Positions 49,741 to 62,643 of a stretch of DNA of 64,000 bases are shown here, piece by piece. The stretch is from Octopus vulgaris (Eukaryota), in NCBI GenBank assembly GCA_951406725.2, contig OX597818.1, forward strand, positions 105,214,001 to 105,278,000, in the 5' to 3' direction. The translations under genes were made by a program, and so were the position numbers. The notes beneath the pieces were generated by a model. That model did no database searches. It was not told where the DNA came from and saw only the letters and a program-made list of their open reading frames with translations. Each line of letters opens with the position of its first letter. Position 1 is the first letter of the stretch.

Positions 49741-50997
49741 TGAGGGTGGGCTGAAAAGTTCATAGGCTGACTATGAAGGAGTAATGTTAGACCTGTGAAA
49801 ACTTCTTATCATTAATTGCATTGTTTCTTTTCAGGTGAATTAATCTCTGACCATTGAAAGAGGACTTCAAAAGTAACAAGTAGTGACTTTTTTTGAAAAT
49901 CGACAAAATTTAGCATCATGGTGTTATCAAATATCTGCAAAAAAAAGGGTTTAACTACTTCGGACATTCATGTTGACAGGGTTGCTATATTAGGGGATGA
50001 TGCTCCAGCTTTATCAACACCGCAAAAGTGGATAGCTGAATTTAGGAGAGGAATGGAGAGTCTTGAAGGTGACCCAAGGCCTGGATGTCCTGTAACTGGC
50101 AACACCAAGGAAAACATTGATCATATTCGCCACATGGTGATGGACAACAAGCAACTGACAATAAATCAAATAACCAATGCTATTAGTATATCCTGTGATG
50201 GAGTTGAGAATATTCTGCACAATCAACTGGGCATGACGAAGGTTTCTACTCAGTAGTTGCAAGTCTTTTGACACCTGATCAAAAGTGCACCAGGTTAGTC
50301 ACATCAAGGGAAAAATTAACATTGGCTGAGGCAGATCCAGTTGGTTTCTCTGAATGTTTCCTAACCCAGATTTTGGCTTCATTGCTTTGAGCCAAAGACA
50401 AAGAGACAATCCATGCAGTAGAAACACCCTTCCTCACCTACTCCAAAGAAGACCAAGCTTGTTTCATCTGCAAGGAAGGTAATGGCCTCAGTTTTTTGGG
50501 ATGCAAAAGGCATTGTGTTTATTGGCTATCTTCAAAAGAACCACACCATCAATGAATAAGTGCTATGCCAACTTGCTGAGGCAGTTACGAAAGACTATCA
50601 AGACCAAACACCCAGAAAACCAGTGAAAAGGGTCTTGTTTCATCAGGACAATGCTGAGCACACAAGTCCTGGCTTCCAATGGCTGCTGTGACTTTGATCT
50701 GGTGGATCACCCTCTTTATTTTCTTCATCTGGCTCCATCTGACTATCATCTGTTGCTCGACATAGAAAAACACTTGGCTGGGATACAGTATCACAGTGAC
50801 AATGACATTATATCTGCTGCTGAGGACTATTTTGACCAGCAAGTTGAAAGCTTCTTCACCAATGGGCTCCATGCACTGCCTAATTGATGAAAGAAGTGTG
50901 TGGACCACAAGGGGGACTATGTTGAAAAATAAACATTATTTGGTCACATTCCACGAGATTGTCTTGGTTAGCCTGTGAACTTTTCAGCTGACTCTTG
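49741..50997 (+). mobile_element. Degraded mariner transposon
   Basis: TIR gagggtgggctgaaaagttcataggctgac / gttagcctgtgaacttttcagc. KWIAEFRRG...PRPGCP, KVMASVFWD, LFHQDNA and LAPSDYHL. Confidence 0.9.
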
Positions 50998-51398
50998 TGT
51001 GTGTGTGTGTGTGTGTGTGTGTATGCTCACATACATGTATGCCAGCATGAAAAACAGACATTAAATGATGGTGATGATATAATTCTGGTTCAGTCTCTTA
51101 CTACTCTGATTTTCAACTCTGAGTACACAGGATCTTCAGGCAAGTTATAATACTAGATGTGTACATATCCATGTCATATACACACACACATTGTAAAATA
51201 TATGCAAATATATATTTCAATATACTGCAAACATTATCTGATATAGAACATAATACACTGGATGGAGTGGATAGATATACGCATTTATTACATCAACAAC
51301 TAACAGTCTACTCCAATTTTTACCTTAGTCAGATCCAAATCATGACTGTCAGATTGTCATAATCAACTAAATATGATACTTAGAGTAGATTGCCATTT

Positions 51399-51440
<42 letters not shown>

Positions 51441-52052
51441 AGATATGGGGTGGGGAGTTGGTATTTTACTTTTCTGTAACTGTCTGCACAAAACAAGCAT
51501 GTAACAGAAAATTTAATTTACAAAATGAAAAAAATATATATATTAATGACAGCAATAATAATAGTAATAATAAGGATAATAATAACCAGGATTAGACATT
51601 TCAATTCATTTTGTTTATTTTTCACATGTTTTTACTTTGAAGTTTTCAGATTGGTAAATATGGGTGGAAGTGGTTTTCATATAGTATAATTAGTAGAGAA
51701 ATTTGAATTTAAAAACCTAAAATTTTAAAATCTGAACTCTAATTAAAATGTAATTTTAAAAATTGATTTTAAAAAGATTTGCGTTTTCTATTACTAATTT
51801 ATTTTGAATTTCAAATCAAATTGTTTTGTGACACAAATATTCTCTCACCCACTCTTTTACATTTCTTAAAAAAAAAAATGTTTATCTATTTGTAATAATT
51901 TCAAACAGATTTTTTTTCTTTAAAAAAACTTCTTGAATTGAAATATCCATTTTCTATAAATACATATAAAATAATATTTTTAAAAAATTTTATTTGCAAT
52001 TGACAGTTTAAATGAAATTCAAATAGTTTAAACTATATATGTATGTATGTAT

Positions 52053-52091
<39 letters not shown>

Positions 52092-53618
52092 TAGCTGAAC
52101 TTCTAATTTTACACAACTCAAATGAAAAAAGAAACAAATTTTTACGTAAACTGAATTTTGATTCAATAATGATTTCTTGCATAGACACAAGGCAATAAAC
52201 TTATAAGGGAGGGCAATGGGAATGTGTGACATTCATACCTTTCTTAAAGATATTAGCATAGTGTAACAGAACTCCATTGATTTGCCTTCAGCCAGACTGA
52301 TAAGGAATTGAAACTCAAATGACGGGATTCAAATTATCAGGACTGGAAGTTTATTTATTGGGTTCTACAATGCTGAACACAGTAGTTTTAATACTATAAT
52401 GGAATTGATAAATATTTTTTTTTTACATTAATATATATTAACATTAATATTATATAATAATAATATATTATTATATAAACTGTACAAATACATATGTGTA
52501 TAATACATGTATATACATCTATATATATGTAATATATATATATATAGATACACACACAAATATACTTCCATATACATATATACATACATACATAGACACC
52601 GACAAACATATATGTATCTGTATGCATATATGTGTGTGCATGTATGTACACACACACATGTATATGTATGTATATGTATATATGTATGTATGTATTTATA
52701 CACACACAAATATACACACATACATGTTCAAATTTGAACAGCAGTCTCTTCACAACCAGAAGTCAGGTAATTTTAATGTTGCTATACTACGAAAATTGGA
52801 GTTTTTTTTTCATTAATTGTTTTTGCGTATATATTTTTTTATAAAACAAAAGTCTTTTAGCAGTAAAAAAAATGCTAAAAGAAAAATTTATAAAATAAAA
52901 AATAGTTCTCTGTTTTTTTTTTTTAAACATGGGCGGTGAACATTACGATTATTTTTCTTCCTTTTTTTATACAATTTCTTTTTGTTATTTGTCTTTGTCA
53001 GTTCAGTTTGACTACTATTTAAACTGAATACTGATGTATGGAAAGGAGGTGGGAGAGAAGGAGAGATAAAGAGAGAGTAGGAGAGAAAAAGAGAACAGAT
53101 TGTGAAAGAGGGAGTTGGGCTGGGGAGAGAAATGTCCAATCTAAAGGCATGTGTTTTAAGTGTTACTTGAAGTTTTTTAAAATCACAACCAATGGCCAGA
53201 GAAGCAAATTCTTTATACCACAACAAAAAAAAAATGTTTAAAAAAAATTGTCATTGAGAGCAAAAAATAGTGTTGTTGTTGTTAGGAGATTGGTTTTTGC
53301 TTTGATCTTTTTTGGAGGGTGGGTATATATTTTATGGTAATTTTATTTTTATTTCTTTTTCCTTTCCATTTTAATATATATTTTCTGCTTGAAAACAATA
53401 ATTGTCAGTGTTGTTTTCTTTAAGACATTCACAACCCGTTGGGAAAGAGAGGGAGAGAGAGAGAGGAAAAGACCGAGAGAGAGAAAGAGAGAAAAATGAT
53501 GAGACTGACAGTTAAGCTAAATAAAACACTCTGAGAGATGCTAAAAAGTTTAATTTAACAAAAAATAGATCCCGTCATTCACACACACAGACACTTATAT
53601 GCTTGCAACTTTCCAGAC

Positions 53619-53668
53619 TTACATGTTGGGTGGTCCCCTTAGATGAGAAGCATCAACCAAAATTGGTG
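53619..53668 (-). CDS. Candidate short terminal coding exon of an unidentified minus-strand gene
   Basis: Acceptor ttaccttattttcAG (53670-53669) and phase-1 frame xPILVDASHLRGPPNM*. It is followed by ~2.4 kb of transposon-free UTR-like sequence. Confidence 0.3.
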
Positions 53669-53719
53669 CTGAAAATAAGGTAAACATAACCAGGCTAAGT
53701 TCATATGCTTCATTCTTAC

Positions 53720-53810
53720 CTTTTACCATATTGCTCAAGATTCAGTATTCACATTTCCCTCACTAAATACATCTAAAACCGTCCCTTCACACGTTGGGTC
53801 CATGATATTA
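53720..53810 (-). other. Candidate 91 bp exon, minus strand
   Basis: tgttatttgcAG acceptor and strong AAG|GTAAGA donor. All frames contain a stop (phase-1 frame xISWTQRVKGRF*). Confidence 0.3.
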
Positions 53811-54140
53811 CTGCAAATAACATACACACAGGAGTTGACTAAGTTAATTCTGTCTGAAGGCTAAGACAACAAACCTGATTCTGTGTCAAGGTTAAATTAA
53901 TATCTCTATGCAAATAATAAAATACAAAAAAGGGGGAAAAATATGAAATATAACGCAAGTTGACATTTTCCTTTCATCGTGTACTATTAAGCATTTCTAC
54001 TTTATGCAACAATAAATATATAACAGCTCTCCCTTTCCTACCATTCTAACAATATATGCACACATACATAGTGTATGTGTATATTTTCTGCTGCTCTGTA
54101 ACTTAGTGTGTGCTTCTTTTTCAGATTTTTGATTTTCTGA

Positions 54141-54185
<45 letters not shown>

Positions 54186-54885
54186 CATACATATACATGC
54201 ATACCAGCACAAGCATGGCTGTGTGCTAAGAAGCTGGCTTCCCAACCACATAGTTTGGGGTTCATTCCTACTACATAGCTTCAGGCTGACCAAAGACTTG
54301 TGAGTGGATTTGGTAGATGGAAACTGAAAGAAGCTTATCATATATAAAGCTTGTTATATATAAGAATATATACATATATATATATTATACTATATTATAT
54401 ATATATTATATTATATAATTATATTATATATATATTATATTATATACATACAGGCATGGCTGTATGGTAAGAAGCTTTCTTCCAAAACACATGGTTTAGG
54501 TTCAGCCTCATTGCATGGCATTTTGAGCAAGTGTCTTCTACCTCAGGCCAACCAAAGCCTTGTGAGCAGATTTGGTAGATGGAAAGTGAAAGACGTCCGT
54601 TGCATATATTTATGTATATATTTGCATATCTCTGTTTGCACCACCCCACTCACCATCGCTTGACAACCAATGTTGGCATGTTTACATCTCCATAACTTAG
54701 CAGTTCAGCAAAACAGACCAATAGAATAAGTAAAAGGCTTACAAAGAATAAGTCCTGGGGTCAATTTGTTCGACTAAAGGCAATGCTCCAGGATGGTGGC
54801 AGTCAAATGACTGAAACAAGTAAACAAATAAAAGAATTATAACCCATGCTAGCATGGAAAGCGGACACTAAACGATGATGATATA

Positions 54886-56092
54886 CAGGGTGCGTGAGAT
54901 ATCTGAGGACAGATTTATGTTTATAAAAAAAACAAATATATAACAGATAACTTTATCAAAAAATGCTATAAGGATAAAAATAAACCTTCTTCTCTATAAT
55001 GTTATTTAATAAAGCCACCTTCAGCTTCAACAACTGCTTCTGTATGAGATCTAAATCATCTTCTTGCTCGAATCAAGTGGTCCTGATTCATTTTGGACAT
55101 TATGGCAGCTTTCAAAGAATCTTTGGTATTATGGGCCAGTTCATTGACCTCTCTTACAAGAATGCTCCACATGTAATAGTCCAATGGATTGAGATCTGGG
55201 GAATTAGGAGGCCAAATGTTAGGGGTTATGTGATCATGAAAATTTTTAGCCATCCATTCCTGTGTTACTAGAGCCATGTATAACAGTGCAGAATCTTACT
55301 GAAACACATATGGCCTTCCATTGCAACACTGTCTACCCAGGGCTTAACAATTATTTCCAGGACCTCGATGTAGGCGGCAGATTTAACTCTAAGGCCTTGT
55401 GGAAAGAAGTAAGGAGGCATCATGTGTCCTTCATTGCTGACAACCCCTGCAACTGTCATAGTTTTCTATGACAGTTGCAGGAAATTTTGTATGCATAACA
55501 TTTGGAACTTCAGAAGGGACTGCACATAACCATCAATCATTTCTTCTATTAGCTTTCTGATCTTAGTCAATGTGTTTTTCTCATTTGAGAAAAACCAAAT
55601 CAAATTTTCTTCTGCTGAACTTTTCAGTTTGTTTAAGAGACTTTTAGATCTGATGTAGTGATTTTCTTTTGCTTCTTCTGACAAATTGACTTTTCCTCAT
55701 CATATAAGCCTTATATCTGATGTCTTCATGGGCAACATTTCTGACTGTTCCTTCTGACACATGGAGATCTTTTGCAATTGACCTCACAGACTTTCTGGGA
55801 TTGTAATCAATGGTTTGTTGACGTTGCTGGATAAACTCAGGTGTTCTGATGATTTCAAAGTGTAGCTCCTTACAAACTTTGTAGACAAAAGATCTGGCAA
55901 CTTTTAAAAATCAAGATATTTCTAAATCACTATGCTCAGGCTTTATAACCACAATAGCTGTATGCCTCTTCATTTCTTGATTAAGCTGAGGATCTGCCAT
56001 TAGTATTTTCTAAAACAAAGATTATACAGTGTTAGCTAAAAATGCAGCAATGACCCAAAAAAGGTATGTCCTCAAATACCTTATGCACCCTC
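54886..56092 (-). mobile_element. Second copy of the 41847-43077 maT (DD37D) family, inverted
   Basis: Same TIR and body. - frame VSNEGHMMPPYFFPQG and WPPNSPDLNPLDYYMW; 37 residues lie between the 2nd and 3rd D when both copies are combined. Confidence 0.92.
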
Positions 56093-56106
56093 TCCCTCTC
56101 TCTCTG

Positions 56107-56145
<39 letters not shown>

Positions 56146-57714
56146 GTGTACTAAATACCATACAACATGAAGTCTTGATTTCATGAAATTGTCTTCACTT
56201 TGTGAGAAACGTAAACAAATGCTTATGGAGCAACAGTGATTGACTCCAATTGAGAAAGGAAAAAAAATCACAAGAATCAATTATTCTCTAGAACTGACAT
56301 GCCATTAAGGAAAACAGTCAGATTTTCTGGAAACAGGAGGATAGCTATATACATGTATTTCTGCCTCAATCAGGCACAAACAGTATAACAGTTGTCCTAT
56401 TTTGACTCCAGCATACATAAAACTTAGACATTTGCAAAAGAAGTAGAGAACCTTTATGGCCAATGGTCAGAAGAATTAGGGTGTAGGATGTACCAGAGGT
56501 TATATCTTATACTCTATATTGTCTTCCAGATGTAACATCTTGCAAACTGTTAATTATAAGTGACCATTGAAATATAAGATAACTCCCACTAACTTCAAAT
56601 ATATTGAGTACTTCTTTTGATTTACAAATACCTTAGCTGCATGTACTACTACTCTGTGTGTGTGTGAGAGATCATCTTTTAACGGCCATTTTCCATACTG
56701 GAAAGGGTTGGATTATTCTACCAGAGCTGGGAAGCTGCACTAGGTTTCAGTCTGATTTGCCTTGATTTTTACAGCTGGATATACTTCCTAGTGCCAACCA
56801 CTTTACAGCATGTGCTGGGCAATTTTATAAATGTGGCATCAGCTTGAGTGCTTTTATGTGGCACCAAGTCAAGTGCTACACACACACATGATTATGCATG
56901 TTATACAAGACACATTCATTGTGAGATTGCCCAACCAGATTCCTGAATATTAATTCCAGGCGATTTGACTGTCCAGTGCTTTTTCATTTCCAAAACCTGT
57001 TAGACATATTGCAATATTATGTTTTGCCAGGAACAATGGTTGTAACAAATCTCTAAGTATCATACAACACCAACTAGCAGGGGCCCCAGAAATTAAAAGT
57101 ATAATTGCCCTTTCTCTACAATCAAATTGTAGCCCTATGTAAGGTACAAAACTTTGCCAGACTCAATCTACTTTGTATTTCATGAGTAGTCAAGAGTAGA
57201 AAGGGGACAGATAAGCAGATGTAGAAGTGGTTGATTTAACAAGTAGTTGCAAAAGTTAAAATTAATTCACATATTAAAATTAACAGTGGTGTTTAATAGT
57301 TGTTTCTCTTTTAATAAGAATAATTCCTTCCATACAGCACAAGAACAGAAATTTGGAAATGCAAGGTTGTCAATTACATGAATACCTGTTCTTAACAGAT
57401 ATTTATTTTATCAACCCCAAAAGGATGAAATGCAAAGCCAACCTCGGTGGAATTTGAACTCAGAAAGAAATACACAAGGCATTTTGTCTGATGTTCTAAT
57501 GAAGGATTCTGCCAATCCGCCATCTTTTTAATAATAATTTCTTACATAAACACGAGGCCAGAAATTTAGAGAACAGTTGATTAAATTAACCAAGTACTAT
57601 GGAATGAAAAACACATATGGTCTCAGCATGATTTAAACTCAGAATATACACCTGGAACAAATATCACAAAGCATTCTGTCTAAAGCTCTAATAATTCTGC
57701 CAATCCACAAGGTG

Positions 57715-59590
57715 ATTGAGCATTTACAAGAGAACTATCGAAGTCCTGCAGATGTATGCCCAACTAAATAGATCTTTATTACAAAACAAAAAAGATGGCT
57801 TTGGGTAATGTGAAAGTATATAAAATTAACTTCTCATGTGCCAACAATGATTAAAAGCAGGCTTTAGATTTCATTCCACATTACTTGCTCATCAACATTT
57901 TGGAAGGCCATGAATTTATGGATTTCCTGGTGAACACCTATAAAAAGAATAATGAAGAAATGGCAGACAGCTCTTCCAGTTCACCAATACCAAGACATTA
58001 ATGTCCACTCTCATAGGAAAATCTTATGGGATATTATAAAGTGACAATACATCTAGTGGTTCACTTTGTTGTCCTAAAGCTGACTAAGAAAATACAAACA
58101 AACATACACCATTTGTGTGTGTATATGTGTCTGTGGGCATGCACATGTGTATGTACAACTTTTACAAGTATCTTGGACAAAATGAGAAAATCAGGTATGA
58201 TACGCTATTAACAAGGAGAGAACAAGAAATAATTGCCTCAAGAGGTTAAGAAAATATAGTTATCAAAATGCTCAACCTACAAGTATATTGCTCATAACAC
58301 CTTGGCAGTGCTCATCCTAACACCTACATCTGTCTTCTGACTAATTGCTACAGAAACTACTTAGTTTTACTGGAAATTTCAAAACCAATGAGGATGTAGA
58401 GATACTTCCTATGCAAATAGGGTAGCTGCTACTTTCTGTCTATAAGAGTTGGATTATAACATTAAAGTAACATCTCTGACAGACAAAAAAAAAGACAACT
58501 ATCTCATTCAAGTTTTTAAGTGGTGTGGGTACTGGTTCCACATAAAAAGCACTCATCACACTCTGTGAAGTGGCTAGCATTAGGAAGGACATCCAGCCAT
58601 AGAAACCAAGCCAAAACAGACTATGGAATCCTGGTGCAGCCTCTGGCTTTGCCAGTTTCTGTCAAGCTGTCCAACCCATGCCAGCATGGAAAACAGACAT
58701 TAAATGATGATGATGATGCATAAAAATAAAACATCATTAGGTTAGCTAATGTACTTGAGGATGACATGAATTAAAGGCTGGCAATGACTTCTCTTCAAAG
58801 AACATTGGAAAACCCCACCATTTTATAAGATTTTCCAGTAAAAAAAACAAAAAAAAAAAACAGACCAGTATACTGAAATGGTTATACATGGATATTTGAA
58901 ATGAAAAACACAGACTGTACTTAGAATAAATTAGACTAAGCCCATAAAACAGTATCAAGAAGTTTCTAACATCTCACTGTGGAAGTTATCTCTTTGCAAT
59001 CAAGAAGCAAGAAATCCCCAATCACAAAAGGCAGAAAACAGCTGACAACAAATTAAGCTATGCAAACCCTTAACTAAAGACTCTTGCCACCTCATTGCCA
59101 ATTGCAAAAAAATGTCTTCAAGATATTGCCTTCCATGATGTAGTAGTCAGAGCAATCTAGAAGACTAAAATATAGAAAAATAATCAATAAAAATGAAAAC
59201 ACTAAGACCAATGGAACAAAAGAATATAGGCAAGACCTAAAAATAATAAAAGCAATTAAACTCAAAAACAATCAAAGCTGATGTTGTTGTTTGAGATCAC
59301 AAAATAAAAACATGTTCAGCTGTGGAAGTCACTTGCCTGCTTGATATCAATAATGCAAAGAAAGACATCAATGAATCACTGATGAGGAGTCTGAAATCCA
59401 ATGCCCAAAACACACTTTTTGTTTTATGCCATTTATTATTGGAGCAATAGGATATGTACCAAGCCCAACTGGATCAAACTATTGTTAAATTTAGATTTTT
59501 GGAGAAAGAATACAGCTCAATAATTCATATGCTACAGAAGATGATGATATCTGGGAAAATAAAAATCTGAAAGAACTTCTTCAAATGTAA
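57715..59590 (+). mobile_element. Heavily degraded RLE-type LINE fragments, interrupted by an RTE-tail element (58520-58720)
   Basis: KADVVV*DHKIKTCSAVEVTCLLDIN (~59275-59350) parallels the RLE motif at 36900. Preceded by a CKKMSSRY-like knuckle remnant. Confidence 0.6.
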
Positions 59591-60349
59591 TAGATGAAAG
59601 GGTTCAGAAAGTATTATAAACTGAACAAGATACACATTATTTTAATATCCTTCTTTTTTCCAGTCAGGAAGAGAGAAAATACAAACAATAAAAACCAACA
59701 GTTTATGAATTAAAGTAATGTATTGGAAACAAAGTGATCGTACAAATAAAGAAAGTATGATTCACCACTAGAGAAAATAATGAAACTCAACAAAGTAGAA
59801 GAAAAACTTAAAAGTGGCAAATCCTTAAAAATTTAAGATTATCTCCAAATACAAACCCTTTATTATTCTCCTTCTAGTAACTAATCTAGAATTGGTCTTT
59901 TGGCTGCTACTAAGAAACCTATCATCAAAGATCTTATGGTTGAGAAATTATCTTGATGTTTCTCCCTGTTGCAAACCTCTCTATTGCATTCACTTTTCAT
60001 GTATTTTATGGGATGTCAAAATTTTCATCACAGCTCGAAATAAAAAGACAAGTGAATTTAACAGTCTTGCTAAGTTTAAGGACAAGATTGTTGACTTTTG
60101 CTGATTCAGCCTAGCTCTACATGGCTGATCAACATGCTAGAAACAGCAGTGAACTAGCCCATAACTTATACCATCACAACTTTAAAATGAAGGATATGTT
60201 ACTGGCTGCAAGGTATCCTGAAGGAATGAAAAATGAGACAATCATTGACACTAAATGTTCTCAAACAGGGCTAAACAACAACACAATGTATGCAAAAGCA
60301 AAAGTATTGTACACATAACAATGCAAGTTAACCAATACATCATACAGAC

Positions 60350-60410
60350 CTTGCACATCATACAAATCATACAGCAGCCCTTGCCCTTTCGTTATCAATT
60401 CTTTCACTAT
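60350..60410 (-). CDS. Candidate 61 bp exon, minus strand
   Basis: Acceptor atttagtttttacAG and donor CAAG|GTCTGT. Phase-0 frame IVKELITKGQGLLYDLYDVQ is open; the phase-1 frame is xSERIDNERARAAV*. Confidence 0.35.
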
Positions 60411-61385
60411 CTGTAAAAACTAAATTCCTATTCAAAATGACAACAGTGAATAACTCTTTCAAGCATTAGTAGTAATTATCACAGCAACAAACTGAAACAG
60501 CTTAGGAACTGGCTTCAAGAATTCTTTATATAATAGTCAGTCAAACCGTATTGTCATAATAACACTGTAACTAGAGATAGAAGAGTGATGAAGCCACTCC
60601 CTCTTATTATATACATCCCTATTGATTCAGAAATTCCCAGTTGCTAGAGAATAAAAAAAAAGCTAATGAAGTGGTAAGTGAAATGTTACCATAAACAACG
60701 AATTCATCAGGTTATTTCCTTAAATGTCCTAGAAACATATTTTTAAATCTTAAACCCCAAAATATTAATATCAACTAAAATCGGTTTCATTCACTGAAAA
60801 TTGATATATGTATGGATGTATGATGAATGCATGCATGTATGTGTGAGAGAGAGAATGTGTGTGTGTATGACATATGAAATACACTACAATATTTCTTTCA
60901 ACTCTGCTTTCAGGGTTCAAATACTATCAGGGTCAATGTTGCCTTTCATTTTCAGGAGCAATGAAAAACTATCAGTCAAGTGCTGTTGTAGTCCTCTCTC
61001 CCTCTAGCTATAACATTCTGAATGTTCAGGTGAGTCAAAGTAGTTGGAGCCAAGTAATTTGTGTCTCATTATGGCAACATAAATACCTAAAGCAATCAGT
61101 GAAAACATGGTACCTGCTACCAATTTATTCTTGATTTTGAATGATAGATATAGTTTATGATGCACACAGACACACACACGTTTGCACATGCAAACTCAGC
61201 AATAAAACACATACATGCTCCAGAGGTACAACATAATTAGTTTTAGCAAGTTATTTTTCACTGTAAGTACTCAATGAATTATAGTAAAACTATGAAAAAT
61301 GTAGGGATGAAACAAATACACTCATATATACACACACATACACAAACCCATATAAACCCCTTATTTGTATAAATATTCATATACA

Positions 61386-62643
61386 CCAGATGTGTTCAAA
61401 TAGTATCTGACTTCATTTTTTTCTGCCAAAACTGATACTGCATGGGAGAAATCACTTGGGTGGGAGGTTATGCCACCCTTCCTGTGCAAGCATGAAAATT
61501 TTTGCACTGGTAGGCTATGTCACTTCCCAGACGTTATTCCTACAGTACAGATGTATAGTGCATGCTTGTTGGATTTTCATTTACATAAAAGATGACTGAA
61601 TGCATCAAGCAGAAATACTGCATCAAGTTTTGCTATAAGCTTGGTCATACTCAAGCTACCCAGAAGATTCAGCAGGCTTGTGGCAATTATACCTCAGGCA
61701 AAACTCAGGTCAAGGAGTGGTACAACTGTTTTAAACATAGCTGCACCTTAGTGGAGAGTGAAGCATGATCAGGCAGACCATCCACAAACTGAAATGAGGA
61801 GCTGATTGGGAAGGTTCAACAAATAGTCATGGAAGACCATCATGTTACAATCCAAGAAATAGCTCACAAGATGGGGGAATAAACACAGGATCAGTACATT
61901 CTATTTTAACGGAAGATTTGTGTATGCAGAGAGTGTCAATGAAATTGATTCCCAATGTACTGGCAAAGCAGCAGAAGCAAATCCGCATGGTAATCACTCA
62001 GGGCATCCTGAGCTGTGCAAACCACAACCTAGACTTCATGATGACTATTATCACTGGTTACAATCGGGACGCCAAGTTCCAGTACTCCTAATGGAAGCAT
62101 CTGTCATCACCAAAGCCCACAGCAATATGAAGATAATGCTGACCTGTTTTTATTGCTCTTGTGGCATTGTGCATCATGAATACACATCACAAGGCCAAAC
62201 AATCAATAAGAAATGCTACCTGAAGGTTATACATCACCTTTGAAATGCTGTACATTGAAAGTGGCTGGACATGTGGGCAGTGAAGAATTGGCAACATAAT
62301 TACCCACATAATCCAAGGTTTCCTGGCCAAGAACAACACACCACTTGTTCAACAGGCTCCCTATTCTCCCAACTTGGCACCACCATATGACTTCTGAGTC
62401 TTTCCCCAAACTGAAAACTATGCTGAAAGGAAGTGACTGAAGTCGCAAGAGGAAATTATGAGAAAAGTAACAGCAGAGCTCCATGTCATTCCAGAGGTCT
62501 TACCAGTAGTGGCAGAATGACAAGAAGAAGTGTGTTAACTCCTAACGAGAGTATTTTGAAGGTGGTTAAACATAATTTGTGAAATGTACCAAATTGTTTT
62601 GTTTTTTATGCCCAGACATTGGATACTTTCTGAACAGACCTTG
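61386..62643 (+). mobile_element. Degraded mariner transposon
   Basis: TIR-like tgtgttcaaatagtatc / gatactttctgaacagacc. QKYCIKFCYKLG, VKEWYNCF, KIMLTCFY..GIVHHEY..QGQTINK and APYSPNLAP. Confidence 0.85.

Noticed and set aside
60627-60643. xTGNF* resembles the AATGN* end of vertebrate Quaking-5
   Set aside because: Four residues is far too little for a gene call, and no KH/STAR exons are visible in the window.
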